Shown in pieces: positions 46,438 through 55,838 of a stretch of DNA of 64,000 bases (position 1 is its first letter; each line of letters begins with the position of its first letter). Both the position numbers and the translations under genes were made by a program. Source of the DNA: a virus; IMG/VR virus record IMGVR_UViG_3300017917_001194, positions 1 through 64,000 of that record. The stretch is one strand, 5' to 3'. Below the pieces are notes generated by a model that was not told the DNA's origin, made no database searches, and saw nothing but the letters and a program-made list of their open reading frames with translations.

Positions 46438-46447
46438 GTATTTAGTC

Positions 46448-46819
46448 TTAGACTACAGTCCAACCAAGTTTTAGCAAATCTTCACGTATTTCATCAGTAA
46501 CAGTACTTTCTTTAACATACTGGTTTTCTTCGTAGTAACTCGCAGGATCTACATCACCGGCACCAAATCCTCCCATGCCACTACAGTAATAATCCATGTA
46601 GTCCTCGTCACAGTCACGTAGAGTAGCCACAACACCGCCAGCGGCACGCCAACTACAGGCCCAAGTGTTATCAGCTAGCACTTGCCAGACATCTTGCTTT
46701 TGGAATTCGTTATTACACATGGCCGCATACAAATTTTGAGCATAGGACTTTGATGATTTCACTTTCGTGCGAAACCATTCACTTTCCATCATGTCAGTCT
46801 GCATACTATAATGTGTCAT
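46448..46819 (-). CDS. Hypothetical protein (YAQNLYAAMCN...DYMDYYCSG)
   Basis: ORF immediately after tRNA. Confidence 0.7.
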   Translation of the reverse strand: MTHYSMQTDMMESEWFRTKVKSSKSYAQNLYAAMCNNEFQKQDVWQVLADNTWACSWRAAGGVVATLRDCDEDYMDYYCSGMGGFGAGDVDPASYYEENQYVKESTVTDEIREDLLKLGWTVV

Positions 46820-46827
46820 ATTAAATT

Positions 46828-46903
46828 TGGTGGGCGGAGCAGGACTTGCACCCACACTCCCCGAATTATGAGTTCGACGCTTTACTGTTTAAGCTATCCG
46901 CCC
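46828..46903 (-). tRNA. tRNA-CAT (probably Ile2)
   Basis: Cloverleaf GGGCGGA/TCCGCCC, loop CTCATAA, CCA; third CAT tRNA in window. Confidence 0.8.
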
Positions 46904-47588
46904 TAAAACTATTGTTTCTAATTTGCTTAATTTCTTGTTCTTTGATTATACACAGTTTCTTAGGAAATTGCGACCATTTTGAACGATCTCTTTCTGTTTC
47001 ATACCCCTTAACCTCTACATATAAGTTTAGTGATTCTATATAAAAGTCTGGAAAATATCTTCTGACACCGTTCCACTCATATTCGAATGATTCACTGGGT
47101 CTCTTTGGATCTAGTCCGTTTTCTTTTGCCCAGAGATAAAAATCAACCTCCCATTGACCCTGAAATTTTATACCATCTACAATTATTTGTTTTGTTCTTC
47201 CTCGATTTGATGATGTATATGCTTCAGGATTATTTTCCACTGCTTTTTTCATTGACAATCGATGTTTTTCTCTAATGGACTGATTTGCCCATTGTGTTTT
47301 ATTTTGTTCTATAGTCGCTTGTCTTATTTTTGTTCTGCCACTGTCTGTTAAAACTTCCATTATTCTGTTAGGATTTTTTGGACATCGGCGTGTATGATTA
47401 CTCAATGCACTCTTTGTTTCGTATATTTTTTGACAATGAATACACGGAGTCGGAGGTATTATCGGATTTTTGAAATTAGATTTATTGTAAGACATATCTA
47501 ATCTAAGTGGATTTAAACTACAACGAATCTCGTGCTGTATTTTTGATTTCAGACTCTTTGCTGATTTTTGACAATATTGGCAGAACAT
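46866..47588 (-). mobile_element. PD-(D/E)xK (TnsA-like) homing endonuclease with zinc fingers
   Basis: QGQWE...YFPDFY...YVEVKG; C2HC zinc fingers. Confidence 0.75.
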
Positions 47589-47640
47589 TTTTATCTCCTA
47601 TAAGTTTATTTATCATAGGAGTCGTTTGCTTTAACTAAAA

Positions 47641-48027
47641 TTAGTTATAGTTGTCAAGAAACTTGTTTAAGTTTCCATACAGTCTGGCCATCATAGCTTC
47701 TTTGGAACCAAAGAATATGATTTGTTTTGGTATTTTCTTTTTGACTTCAATGTAGTAAGGCATTTGAAGTTTTCGATCTAGTTTAAGTATGGTCATGCGA
47801 TCGAATGTTTCCCAATTGATTTCCATTGAGTAACTTTCAAGATCCATGACCTTTTTGAATGTGAAATAACCCAAATCGGTTAGACGTAGACCTCCACTAG
47901 CTCGAATGTTGTACCACCATATCTTCATAGCGGTGTTAGCATCCATTTCGCTACCGTCGGGTAGCTTAGATATGATTACTTCTGTAAGTTTGAGTTTGTC
48001 GCGCACATCAAGGATATACCTGGTCAC
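47641..48027 (-). CDS. Hypothetical protein (start uncertain)
   Basis: GGLRLTDLG motif; coupled. Confidence 0.65.
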   Translation of the reverse strand: MTRYILDVRDKLKLTEVIISKLPDGSEMDANTAMKIWWYNIRASGGLRLTDLGYFTFKKVMDLESYSMEINWETFDRMTILKLDRKLQMPYYIEVKKKIPKQIIFFGSKEAMMARLYGNLNKFLDNYN

Positions 48028-48295
48028 CCTGCTTGAGCAGTACTACGGTGAACTTGTCAGTTTTGAATTGTGTGTTTAACTTCTTGGCCAAGTTGATAGC
48101 ATGGCCCGGGTTAGAGAAACTAACCTTTTTGTACTTAGGTCCAGGATACTGAACTAGTAGGTTAGATGTTTTGAGATTAATGGGTTGACCAGAGTAAAAT
48201 ACGGCCCAAGTACCTTCACTAGCTAATACCTGTTCGGTCTTATATGTGGTTTTATTAGTTTGCTCAATAAGAACTATTGGTTTAGGGCGAGACAT
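48008..48295 (-). CDS. Hypothetical protein (MSRPKP...KYKKVSFSNPGHA)
   Basis: Coupled ORF. Confidence 0.7.
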   Translation of the reverse strand: MSRPKPIVLIEQTNKTTYKTEQVLASEGTWAVFYSGQPINLKTSNLLVQYPGPKYKKVSFSNPGHAINLAKKLNTQFKTDKFTVVLLKQGDQVYP

Positions 48296-48944
48296 GTAGT
48301 AATCCCTTTAATTGTTTACAATTACTTCCGTGCCAACGGACATAATTAGTTTTCTGTGTAGTTAACCCACAATGTTCACAAGTAATTTGATTGTGTGGTT
48401 TATGACAAGGATGATTATCACCTTGCTTTGCTTTGCTTATTTTAGATCTACTTTCGGCAGACTTTGTTTTACCGTACGCAGGATGTAAATTGCCAGTTTT
48501 TCCAAATAATCCATTTGCTGGTCCAAATTTTGTAGATTTAGTAATAGACTCGGCTGTATGTTTCTTTCCATAAAACGGATTATTAGATCCGGTGCGTGTG
48601 CCTTTTAATGCATTTTGTATTTTTTGACGAGTTTCTTTACTTACTGTACTACCTGCTGTAGTAAAGTTGCCATCGCCGTTATGTAAATTAAAGCTATATG
48701 GATCATTTTTAGCATCTAATATATCTAAATAATCTGCCTCAAGTTTACGAATATATGTTGGATCACCAATGGCCAATATTTCATGAGTCCAGTCGTTGTA
48801 GGTTTCTAGTATAAGAGATTTAATTTTACTTGAACAAATATAACCGTCAGCTGGATGACACCCACGTTTTGTACGTGATCTAATATACCATTTAGATGTC
48901 GAATGTTGGGTCCATTTATATAGGTACGCCTGTGTATTACTCAT
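48282..48944 (-). mobile_element. GIY-YIG/NUMOD3 homing endonuclease, possibly degenerate (YIR for YIG)
   Basis: YLYKW...WYIRSR...YICSS, NPFYGKKHT repeats. Confidence 0.7.
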
Positions 48945-48973
48945 ACATTTATTTATGCCAAAATATAGGTATA

Positions 48974-49183
48974 TTATTTGAAACTGCCACCGTCCATATT
49001 GACTGTAATAACCTGATCATCGGCATTGTTTTTAGGTTGTGTGCGTAGTTCTTCCAAGGCCAGCAACAACTTGGTAATGTCAGTGTGTAGGTCCTTAGCA
49101 TCTTTAATGCTCATGATATAGTCTTTCTGACCACGAGCCTCAAAGCCTTGAATACGTTCTACAAATCGTTGAATGTGTATCAT
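48974..49183 (-). CDS. Hypothetical protein (ends MDGGSF)
   Basis: Coupled ORF. Confidence 0.65.
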   Translation of the reverse strand: MIHIQRFVERIQGFEARGQKDYIMSIKDAKDLHTDITKLLLALEELRTQPKNNADDQVITVNMDGGSFK

Positions 49184-49548
49184 TCGTTAGGCATCCTTGT
49201 GAATGGTTCTAAGTTAGGTGGTTGCCACCCTTCTGGTTTCAAAACTTTTCCATCTTCACGCTTACGAACCTTGCCTGTAGCAGGATCAATCTTGGCAAAG
49301 TTAGTACGCATGACTTCGTTCCATGCCGCTTCGGCATTAGCACCTAGACTATGTATAGCACCAATAGTGACAACAAGAATATCGATAAGTGCGTCAAGAT
49401 CATCGACAATATTATCGCTTTCGCATAGTTCATCGAATTCCTCTCTAATTAAATTACAATACATTTGATACTGCTGTAAGTCTTGTTTGCCCACTGTTTG
49501 GTCGCAGGCTGCCATAAATTTCCATTGGTCTAAAAAAGGATTAGTCAT
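49180..49548 (-). CDS. MazG-like all-alpha NTP pyrophosphohydrolase
   Basis: LIREEFDEL, DALID, VMRTNFAK, REDGKVLKP. Confidence 0.85.
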   Translation of the reverse strand: MTNPFLDQWKFMAACDQTVGKQDLQQYQMYCNLIREEFDELCESDNIVDDLDALIDILVVTIGAIHSLGANAEAAWNEVMRTNFAKIDPATGKVRKREDGKVLKPEGWQPPNLEPFTRMPNE

Positions 49549-49987
49549 TTGTGCTCGCTTGTTCTTTAGTGTGAAATGGTCCGTGGAAGTCGTAACGTTC
49601 CAGGGCGATTAGTTTTGGATCTTGAACGATTTTCCACTTGCGTCCACGCTTGACCGTGTACCATCCTGCGGCAAACCATGATTTAGATTTCTTAGTTTTT
49701 GTATACAGTGGTAACTGTTGTTGTACGTCCCATACTGGATTGTGTACACGTGATGCCGCTGGATATCCGTGTACGCTGTGTGTATCAGGTTTGCTGGATT
49801 TTACTTGATCAACAAATTGAATGTTAGCACGTTGCGCCGCCATTCTAATTGTTTTGTACTGCTCAACTTGATTGTTGATTGTAACTTGAAAGCCACCACC
49901 TGTGGCTTCAATGTTACCAACTTTTTCGTTGTCTTGCTGTAGTATCCAAAACTTCTTGTCTATTACAGGTTTAGCTACGATTGTCAT
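49541..49987 (-). CDS. Hypothetical protein
   Basis: Coupled ORF. Confidence 0.7.
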   Translation of the reverse strand: MTIVAKPVIDKKFWILQQDNEKVGNIEATGGGFQVTINNQVEQYKTIRMAAQRANIQFVDQVKSSKPDTHSVHGYPAASRVHNPVWDVQQQLPLYTKTKKSKSWFAAGWYTVKRGRKWKIVQDPKLIALERYDFHGPFHTKEQASTND

Positions 49988-50981
49988 TTAGTACTCCTTT
50001 GTATGTTTCATTCAGCCAGCGTCCAAACTGTTCTGAAAATTCGCTACACTTGTTAAGCTCATACTTGCCGCAAAACTGCATGAAGCGAACACCCACTTGT
50101 CCTATATCTTTGTGCGATAACTGCACACGAATAGCTGAGTCAACTGCATCTTTAATCTCTTGTGGTTGTGCTGTAAGATCAATCAAATGACAGTTACGTT
50201 CATAATCATCTAACACACGATGTTCAACACCATTGTGATCAGTCCAACGCTGTAACATCAAGTTGTTCCAGTTGTAACCTTTTTTGTCCTTATCTTCAAA
50301 TGCTTCTTGTAATCCAACCTTATTCTTAGTGCCCTTGGTTCGTACGCCAGGAAAGGCACTAAACACATTATCCGAACTATCGCCACGCATACACTTTTCA
50401 AATAATAGCCACTGCGGATTAGGAATAGTTTTAGGCTGTTTGGTCTTTTTGTCGATAACTTCACGTCCTTTAGCATCATAGATACCTTTTAATGTGATTA
50501 ACTCATCTGTAATGCCGTTGTATTGATCTACGTTTTCTGCGATGAGCTGAACAAAGTCAGTATCGCTTGATACTATTGTGTGATGGTCTTGTGGGTGTAG
50601 AGCAATCCAACGAGCTATAATATCGTCAGCTTCTGCATTTTCATGACGTATTACGCTACAGTTTGTTTTGGTAGACAAGTATTTAGTCAAGTTATCATAC
50701 GTTTCCCAGAACAACTTATCTTCTTCTTGCTCATCTTCTGTTAGGGCCGCACGGGCTACAGCACGGTTCTTTTTGTAAGGCTCGTAGTAATCTTTACGCC
50801 AACTACGCCCTTCTAGGGCAAATACCACGTGATCTGCTTTGAAGCGTGTGGCTACTTTGTTAGCGGCCATCATAGTAACGTGTAGAGCAAAGCCTAGTTT
50901 GGTCCAGGTATCACTTGCTTTGAACGCACCATGGCGGGCACGGAAAAACATATTAGCCGTATCAATTAGAACGTAGTTCAT
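49971..50981 (-). CDS. rnh: T4 RNase H-like 5'-3' exonuclease/flap endonuclease
   Basis: LIDTAN, SWRK..Y..YKKNR, EADD, SSDTDF.QL, GDSSDNV. Confidence 0.85.
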   Translation of the reverse strand: MNYVLIDTANMFFRARHGAFKASDTWTKLGFALHVTMMAANKVATRFKADHVVFALEGRSWRKDYYEPYKKNRAVARAALTEDEQEEDKLFWETYDNLTKYLSTKTNCSVIRHENAEADDIIARWIALHPQDHHTIVSSDTDFVQLIAENVDQYNGITDELITLKGIYDAKGREVIDKKTKQPKTIPNPQWLLFEKCMRGDSSDNVFSAFPGVRTKGTKNKVGLQEAFEDKDKKGYNWNNLMLQRWTDHNGVEHRVLDDYERNCHLIDLTAQPQEIKDAVDSAIRVQLSHKDIGQVGVRFMQFCGKYELNKCSEFSEQFGRWLNETYKGVLNDNRS

Positions 50982-50988
50982 TAAAACC

Positions 50989-51702
50989 CTATATTATTTT
51001 GTTATCAACAATGTATTGTAACATAAAACGGGCAAAATAGCTATGGCCGTCCTTACCAAAATGCCATGAATCGGGCGCAACCGTTTCAATTCCGGCTGAT
51101 TTGATTATACTGTTGAAAGTTTGTGTAGAATCATATGGTCCGATATAACTTTTACCCCAGTTGTGTTGTTCGTTTACAGGAATTCGAGTAAAATCATTAT
51201 TGCCGTTGACAAAGATATGTTTGATATTAAGATTTTTAAGCTCTCGATGAAATTCCCAAATTTTATCATGCCAATGCTGTGTACATAAATTCCAATCTAC
51301 ATTAGCAATATAATTTTTATACGTGAGTTGTAAAGATTCTGGAACATCGTCGATACCACTAGCATTAACTTGATAGTAGGTACCATCCTCATCTTGCCAT
51401 TCTTCTCGTTCCCAAGTTGACCATTGAATGATCATTAATAATTCATCTTGACCACTATAGTGGCTATCTAACCATTCTCGAGTGGTGCGTAGTATTCGTG
51501 TGTTAGAACTAGCACTTTCAGCACCACAATGAAACCCTGCTCTAATTGATCGACTTAGTAAGGTGCCCCAACTAATTGCGAGATTTTCTGGATGCGGTGC
51601 TCGACCCATGTAAAACAACTCAGGATCATCTATGGCGAATGCATGTGGATTTACTGCTTCGGCAGCCGCTGTGTGGCTGTCACCGTTTACATATAATATC
51701 AT
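50989..51702 (-). CDS. SGNH-like hydrolase
   Basis: NGDSH, SSNTRILR, WHFGKDGH. Confidence 0.55.
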   Translation of the reverse strand: MILYVNGDSHTAAAEAVNPHAFAIDDPELFYMGRAPHPENLAISWGTLLSRSIRAGFHCGAESASSNTRILRTTREWLDSHYSGQDELLMIIQWSTWEREEWQDEDGTYYQVNASGIDDVPESLQLTYKNYIANVDWNLCTQHWHDKIWEFHRELKNLNIKHIFVNGNNDFTRIPVNEQHNWGKSYIGPYDSTQTFNSIIKSAGIETVAPDSWHFGKDGHSYFARFMLQYIVDNKII

Positions 51703-52514
51703 ATAAAAATTTCGTGTGGTAGTTTTGTTTGGTTGTCGACGCAATATAGTTTGTCAATGATATCTTTGTCGATAACCGTTGGATCAACATACCAATCTTC
51801 AAAAGGTTCCCACGTGTTTGTGGAATAATTTTTAACCGCAACATTGTCAATTAATAAAAGATATCCTAACGATTTGAGATAATCTCTACTTTCTTTTTGT
51901 ATCTGTTCGTTGTTGTTAAACACATCAGTTTCAAAAGTAATAGCCGAAAATCTATGAGTAGTAGGAATTCTTTTTAGACATGCTAAACTACAAGACTCAT
52001 CTAAATCAACTTGCAAGTAATCAATTTGATAATCAAATGCTTGTAACAATAATTTAAAGTCAGTATGCCAGGCGTTTGATAACATAAGGTTGCCGCCTGG
52101 TCTAAGACGTTGCCATTCTTCTTTAAGGTTTTCTCTAAAATCAATACTAACGCCGCTCCAACCAAATTCTGTTTCGAGCAAATAAGTATTGCTCATATAT
52201 TGTGGTTCACTGGCACCAAGTTCAACAAAAGTTCCTTGTTGTTTTCCATTCATCACAGTCAATACAAAGATATCCTGCCAACTTTGCGAATAATTTTGTT
52301 TTAGTATATTACAGTTGTTAAATGGATATTTTAATCTCAAACTTGAGTGATAGATTGGATCAAACTCAATTCGAGATTCTAAGGTTTGTTTAATTCCAAA
52401 ATCTGTAATGTGGTCTAAAGACTGTAAATTTAAAAATTCTTCGTAGCTAGGCCATCCTGATGGATGAGATATTCGATCGTAATTATAATTACGTTCTCGT
52501 ATGCCAAACATCAA
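51699..52514 (-). CDS. FkbM-like methyltransferase
   Basis: YSQSWQD, FVELGA, SNTYLLE..GWSG, IDYLQVD, EDWYV. Confidence 0.75.
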   Translation of the reverse strand: MMFGIRERNYNYDRISHPSGWPSYEEFLNLQSLDHITDFGIKQTLESRIEFDPIYHSSLRLKYPFNNCNILKQNYSQSWQDIFVLTVMNGKQQGTFVELGASEPQYMSNTYLLETEFGWSGVSIDFRENLKEEWQRLRPGGNLMLSNAWHTDFKLLLQAFDYQIDYLQVDLDESCSLACLKRIPTTHRFSAITFETDVFNNNEQIQKESRDYLKSLGYLLLIDNVAVKNYSTNTWEPFEDWYVDPTVIDKDIIDKLYCVDNQTKLPHEIFI

Positions 52515-52897
52515 CTTACTTCTCTACGTCCATTACCTAAGTCTTTGCTTTTTACTACTCTTCCATATTCAGGATTTATTGCTTGATCTTGTTCGTATGT
52601 TTCTAATACTACATTACGACAAACATTTTGGAACCAACGATCTACAATATCACTTTCGGGTTCGTTGGGTTTCATTTGATATCCAGCACGTACTAAATTA
52701 GCAATAAACTTATCATTCCAATCAAGCTCAAAACTACCTTCGCTTAGATTTTCTGGATTTACATCCATACTAAGAATGCCTACCCATGGTTCACCTTTTT
52801 CTGTAGCAATTTCTTTTTCAGTTTTCTTAGGTGCGGCTTTCTTTGGCTCCTCGGCCTTAACTGGTTTCTTCTTTTTGAATATGTCAAATATTCCCAT
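52511..52897 (-). CDS. Hypothetical protein (FELDWND)
   Basis: Coupled ORF. Confidence 0.7.
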   Translation of the reverse strand: MGIFDIFKKKKPVKAEEPKKAAPKKTEKEIATEKGEPWVGILSMDVNPENLSEGSFELDWNDKFIANLVRAGYQMKPNEPESDIVDRWFQNVCRNVVLETYEQDQAINPEYGRVVKSKDLGNGRREVS

Positions 52898-53142
52898 TAG
52901 TCACTCACTTTCTTAATTATCATGATCAACGCTTCGTTACTATCGAACCAACGATCGTCGATAACCGGTTCGCCTGGTCCTGTCCATATAGCACGTCCAC
53001 GCATGGCTGTTTCCATCCATAACCAACGTTTTGTTTTGTAACAACGACGCGGCCAGAAACAATATTTGTACTCGTAATTGGCTCGATCCAACCAACTGTC
53101 TTGTGCTTGCACATCATCACGATATAAACCTTGTGGATACAT
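52897..53142 (-). CDS. Hypothetical protein (FWPRRC...WLW)
   Basis: Coupled ORF. Confidence 0.65.
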   Translation of the reverse strand: MYPQGLYRDDVQAQDSWLDRANYEYKYCFWPRRCYKTKRWLWMETAMRGRAIWTGPGEPVIDDRWFDSNEALIMIIKKVSD

Positions 53143-53885
53143 TATTTTTTAAACACCGGTATAGGTTGCATCTTGTGTAAGTTTCTAGCACGAATCTTAC
53201 GATACTGATACAACACCATAGCATCAGCGTCACTCTTTGGCACAATATCCTGCTCGTCCATGATCATAGCACGTTCAAGTTCTGGATAGCCTAGGCCACC
53301 TAGTTGATCACGATCCACACGCCCATCCTCCCACAGTCCGTCTGTTGGTTCTGCTTGAATAATGCGTTCATCAATGCCTAACTCACGTCCTAGAGCCCAC
53401 ACTTCAGTTTTCATTAAGTCAGCAATAGGACTAATATCCACTCCACCATCGCCGTACTTGGTAAAGAAACCTACACCAAAGTCTTCAACCTTGTTGCCTG
53501 TGCCTACTACGATGCCATTACAACTTTGTGCTATTTGATACAGTGCCATCATACGCAAGCGACTACGACTGTTAGCAAACGCTAGTTCACTTGAGTAGTT
53601 ACCCATGATCTCTTCAAAGCGATCAAACGTGCTAGTTAGGTTAATAATCTCTGAACGCACATTTGGATAGTTGTTGGCTAACCAGAAACAATGATCCAAA
53701 CTTAAATTATGTAAATCATCACGCTGGCGAATAGGTAGTGCCACTGCGATAGTATGTAGGCCTGTGCGAGCACACAATGTACTTACCACAGCACTATCAA
53801 TACCACCCGACACACCTACTACAAGACTGGTAATGCCATTCTTCTCGGCGTAGTCTTTGATCCAAGTTGTAATTTGATCTTTCAT
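53142..53885 (-). CDS. nadE: NH3-dependent NAD+ synthetase
   Basis: SGGIDS, RSRLRM, GTGNKVE..GFFTKYGDG, PIADL.KTEV. Confidence 0.92.
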   Translation of the reverse strand: MKDQITTWIKDYAEKNGITSLVVGVSGGIDSAVVSTLCARTGLHTIAVALPIRQRDDLHNLSLDHCFWLANNYPNVRSEIINLTSTFDRFEEIMGNYSSELAFANSRSRLRMMALYQIAQSCNGIVVGTGNKVEDFGVGFFTKYGDGGVDISPIADLMKTEVWALGRELGIDERIIQAEPTDGLWEDGRVDRDQLGGLGYPELERAMIMDEQDIVPKSDADAMVLYQYRKIRARNLHKMQPIPVFKK

Positions 53886-54751
53886 TTACCCCAACCATTT
53901 CCCCACAAGTCCACGTGTAGTCGTGGGCTATAATACCAACCACGTTCACAACACACGTCTGCGATACGTACTTTGTTTGCTTCATATGGTGCTACAATAC
54001 CACCTTGTGGCATTAGATATACATTACCTTTAAACCCTGCCGCACGATAAGCGTCTGTTGCCTTGATTGCTTCTAACAAATGCTCATCAGTTTCTACAAC
54101 AAACTTAAGGTAAGCATGACCATGATTTTGATAATCGCAAACAATATCAGGACAGATAGCATCATCCCACTTTTCTCCACTTGCTGATAATTTAGCACTT
54201 ATACTAAATGTAACTTCACGTTTATTAGGGCCACCCCAATCATCTTGCCATTCAATTAGCCACTGCTTAAAATCTTCATGTAACTTTTGAGTACCGTTAG
54301 TTTCAAAAGTAATATTCTTAAGATCCTTCATGCGTGGGTGCTCAAGCAATTCTTGATAAGCACGTTGCCAACCTAACAACGGTTCACCACCTGTGATAAC
54401 CAAGTGTACATCATTGCCATTGTTTTGTACCCACTGATTATTAGGAGTAAGAGCTAACATCTTATCTACAAGATTTTCTGTAGTATATGTTGGACTCAAG
54501 TGTTTAAAGTCTGGGTGCCAACTTGCATAACTATCACAACCTGTGGTTACAAGTGGAAGACTGTTAAAGTCTTTGTACAATTCTACATTCTTGGCAACTT
54601 CATCTGCCTCTGTGCTTAGTTCTCCTGGTTTACAACCAAATCCTGCACATTTAAAGTTACAACCATATGTTCGCAAAAACACTGAAGGAACGCCAACAAA
54701 ACGTCCTTCACCTTGCAAACTATAAAATATTTCGCTTACTTTTATTTTCAT
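53882..54751 (-). CDS. queE: 7-carboxy-7-deazaguanine synthase
   Basis: SEIFYSLQGEG, FLRTYGCNFKC, CDS, ITGGEP, FETNG, PRLH; same region as queD and folE. Confidence 0.85.
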   Translation of the reverse strand: MKIKVSEIFYSLQGEGRFVGVPSVFLRTYGCNFKCAGFGCKPGELSTEADEVAKNVELYKDFNSLPLVTTGCDSYASWHPDFKHLSPTYTTENLVDKMLALTPNNQWVQNNGNDVHLVITGGEPLLGWQRAYQELLEHPRMKDLKNITFETNGTQKLHEDFKQWLIEWQDDWGGPNKREVTFSISAKLSASGEKWDDAICPDIVCDYQNHGHAYLKFVVETDEHLLEAIKATDAYRAAGFKGNVYLMPQGGIVAPYEANKVRIADVCCERGWYYSPRLHVDLWGNGWGK

Positions 54752-55245
54752 CTAGTCCACCAACTTTCCCATGGGAAATCAATCCAAACATCTTCTTCTG
54801 CTTTGTTTATTGTAACAGCTGAATAGTCAATTGTCAACTCCGATTTACTTGATTCGTTATCGTATAATGTGGCTACTCGAACCCGATTGTTCCAGACCTT
54901 GGTCCAACTGACATCATCCGGTAAACACATACCTTGCCAATCCTGTTTGATCCAATTTAGAGTAGCACCGGTATCATTGATATCATCCACAATAAGGATT
55001 CGCTTGCCTGTAAGTGCATCTTCGCTCATCCATGTATTGGATTCTTCGTAAGCATGATCACGTAAGTTGACCTTGAGTGTGTGCATAGGCACATCTAAGT
55101 ATTGGCTAATCATGTTAGCAGGCACTAACCCGCCACGTGTAAGTCCCACAACATAATCTGGAATCCATTGATCCTTGTGCATCTGGCGGAGAATCTCTTG
55201 CACCTGATGTTCAACATCAGTCCAAGTTACTAGTTGTTTTTTCAT
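54748..55245 (-). CDS. Purine phosphoribosyltransferase
   Basis: RGGLVPA, LIVDDINDTGAT, WIDFPWE. Confidence 0.88.
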   Translation of the reverse strand: MKKQLVTWTDVEHQVQEILRQMHKDQWIPDYVVGLTRGGLVPANMISQYLDVPMHTLKVNLRDHAYEESNTWMSEDALTGKRILIVDDINDTGATLNWIKQDWQGMCLPDDVSWTKVWNNRVRVATLYDNESSKSELTIDYSAVTINKAEEDVWIDFPWESWWTR

Positions 55246-55838
55246 TTTAAAAAGTTTTCAAAGGTTGATCTAGGCCACAAACACATGCGGCGTTTAGGTT
55301 CATTGGTGATATATTCATTAATTGCATCTACAGGATTGTCAAAGTTGTAAGGTTCTCTTTCTAAGTTTAATTCTCTAAAGTTACCAGTAGAAATATCATT
55401 ATTATTGCCTTCAACATAACTAGTAGTTAAAATATATTTTACACGACTACGAGCTATATTTGCAATAGTTTTGACCAAATCGTTATGACTAAAGTGGAAT
55501 AAACAATCTCGGCAAAATAATAAATCAACTTCGGGCAACTCATCTTGACTGATATCAATCACTCTAAAATCTACTCCAGGGTATTTAGACCTATTGCTAT
55601 CAACCATAAAACTTACAATATCGCCACCGATATACTTAAATCCTTTTGGAAACTGAACAGTACTCATCCAGGAATAATCACCGCATGGTGCATCAAACAT
55701 ACTTGAAATATTATACTTGTTTACAAACTTAGGCAAAGCTGTGCGTACAGGTTCAGTATAATACATTGTGCTACCTGTGCCGCACAGCACATCATTCCAC
55801 CTATGATTTTTTATAATATCTTCGAATACTTCTTTCAT
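55242..55838 (-). CDS. Class I SAM-dependent methyltransferase
   Basis: CGTGS, DAPCGD..WM, YIGGDI, CRDCLFH. Confidence 0.8.
   Translation of the reverse strand: MKEVFEDIIKNHRWNDVLCGTGSTMYYTEPVRTALPKFVNKYNISSMFDAPCGDYSWMSTVQFPKGFKYIGGDIVSFMVDSNRSKYPGVDFRVIDISQDELPEVDLLFCRDCLFHFSHNDLVKTIANIARSRVKYILTTSYVEGNNNDISTGNFRELNLEREPYNFDNPVDAINEYITNEPKRRMCLWPRSTFENFLK

Noticed and set aside
53142-53885. Possible queC next to queE
   Set aside because: Motifs (TKYGDG, GTGNKVE) are those of NAD synthetase; QueC zinc-binding cysteines are absent.
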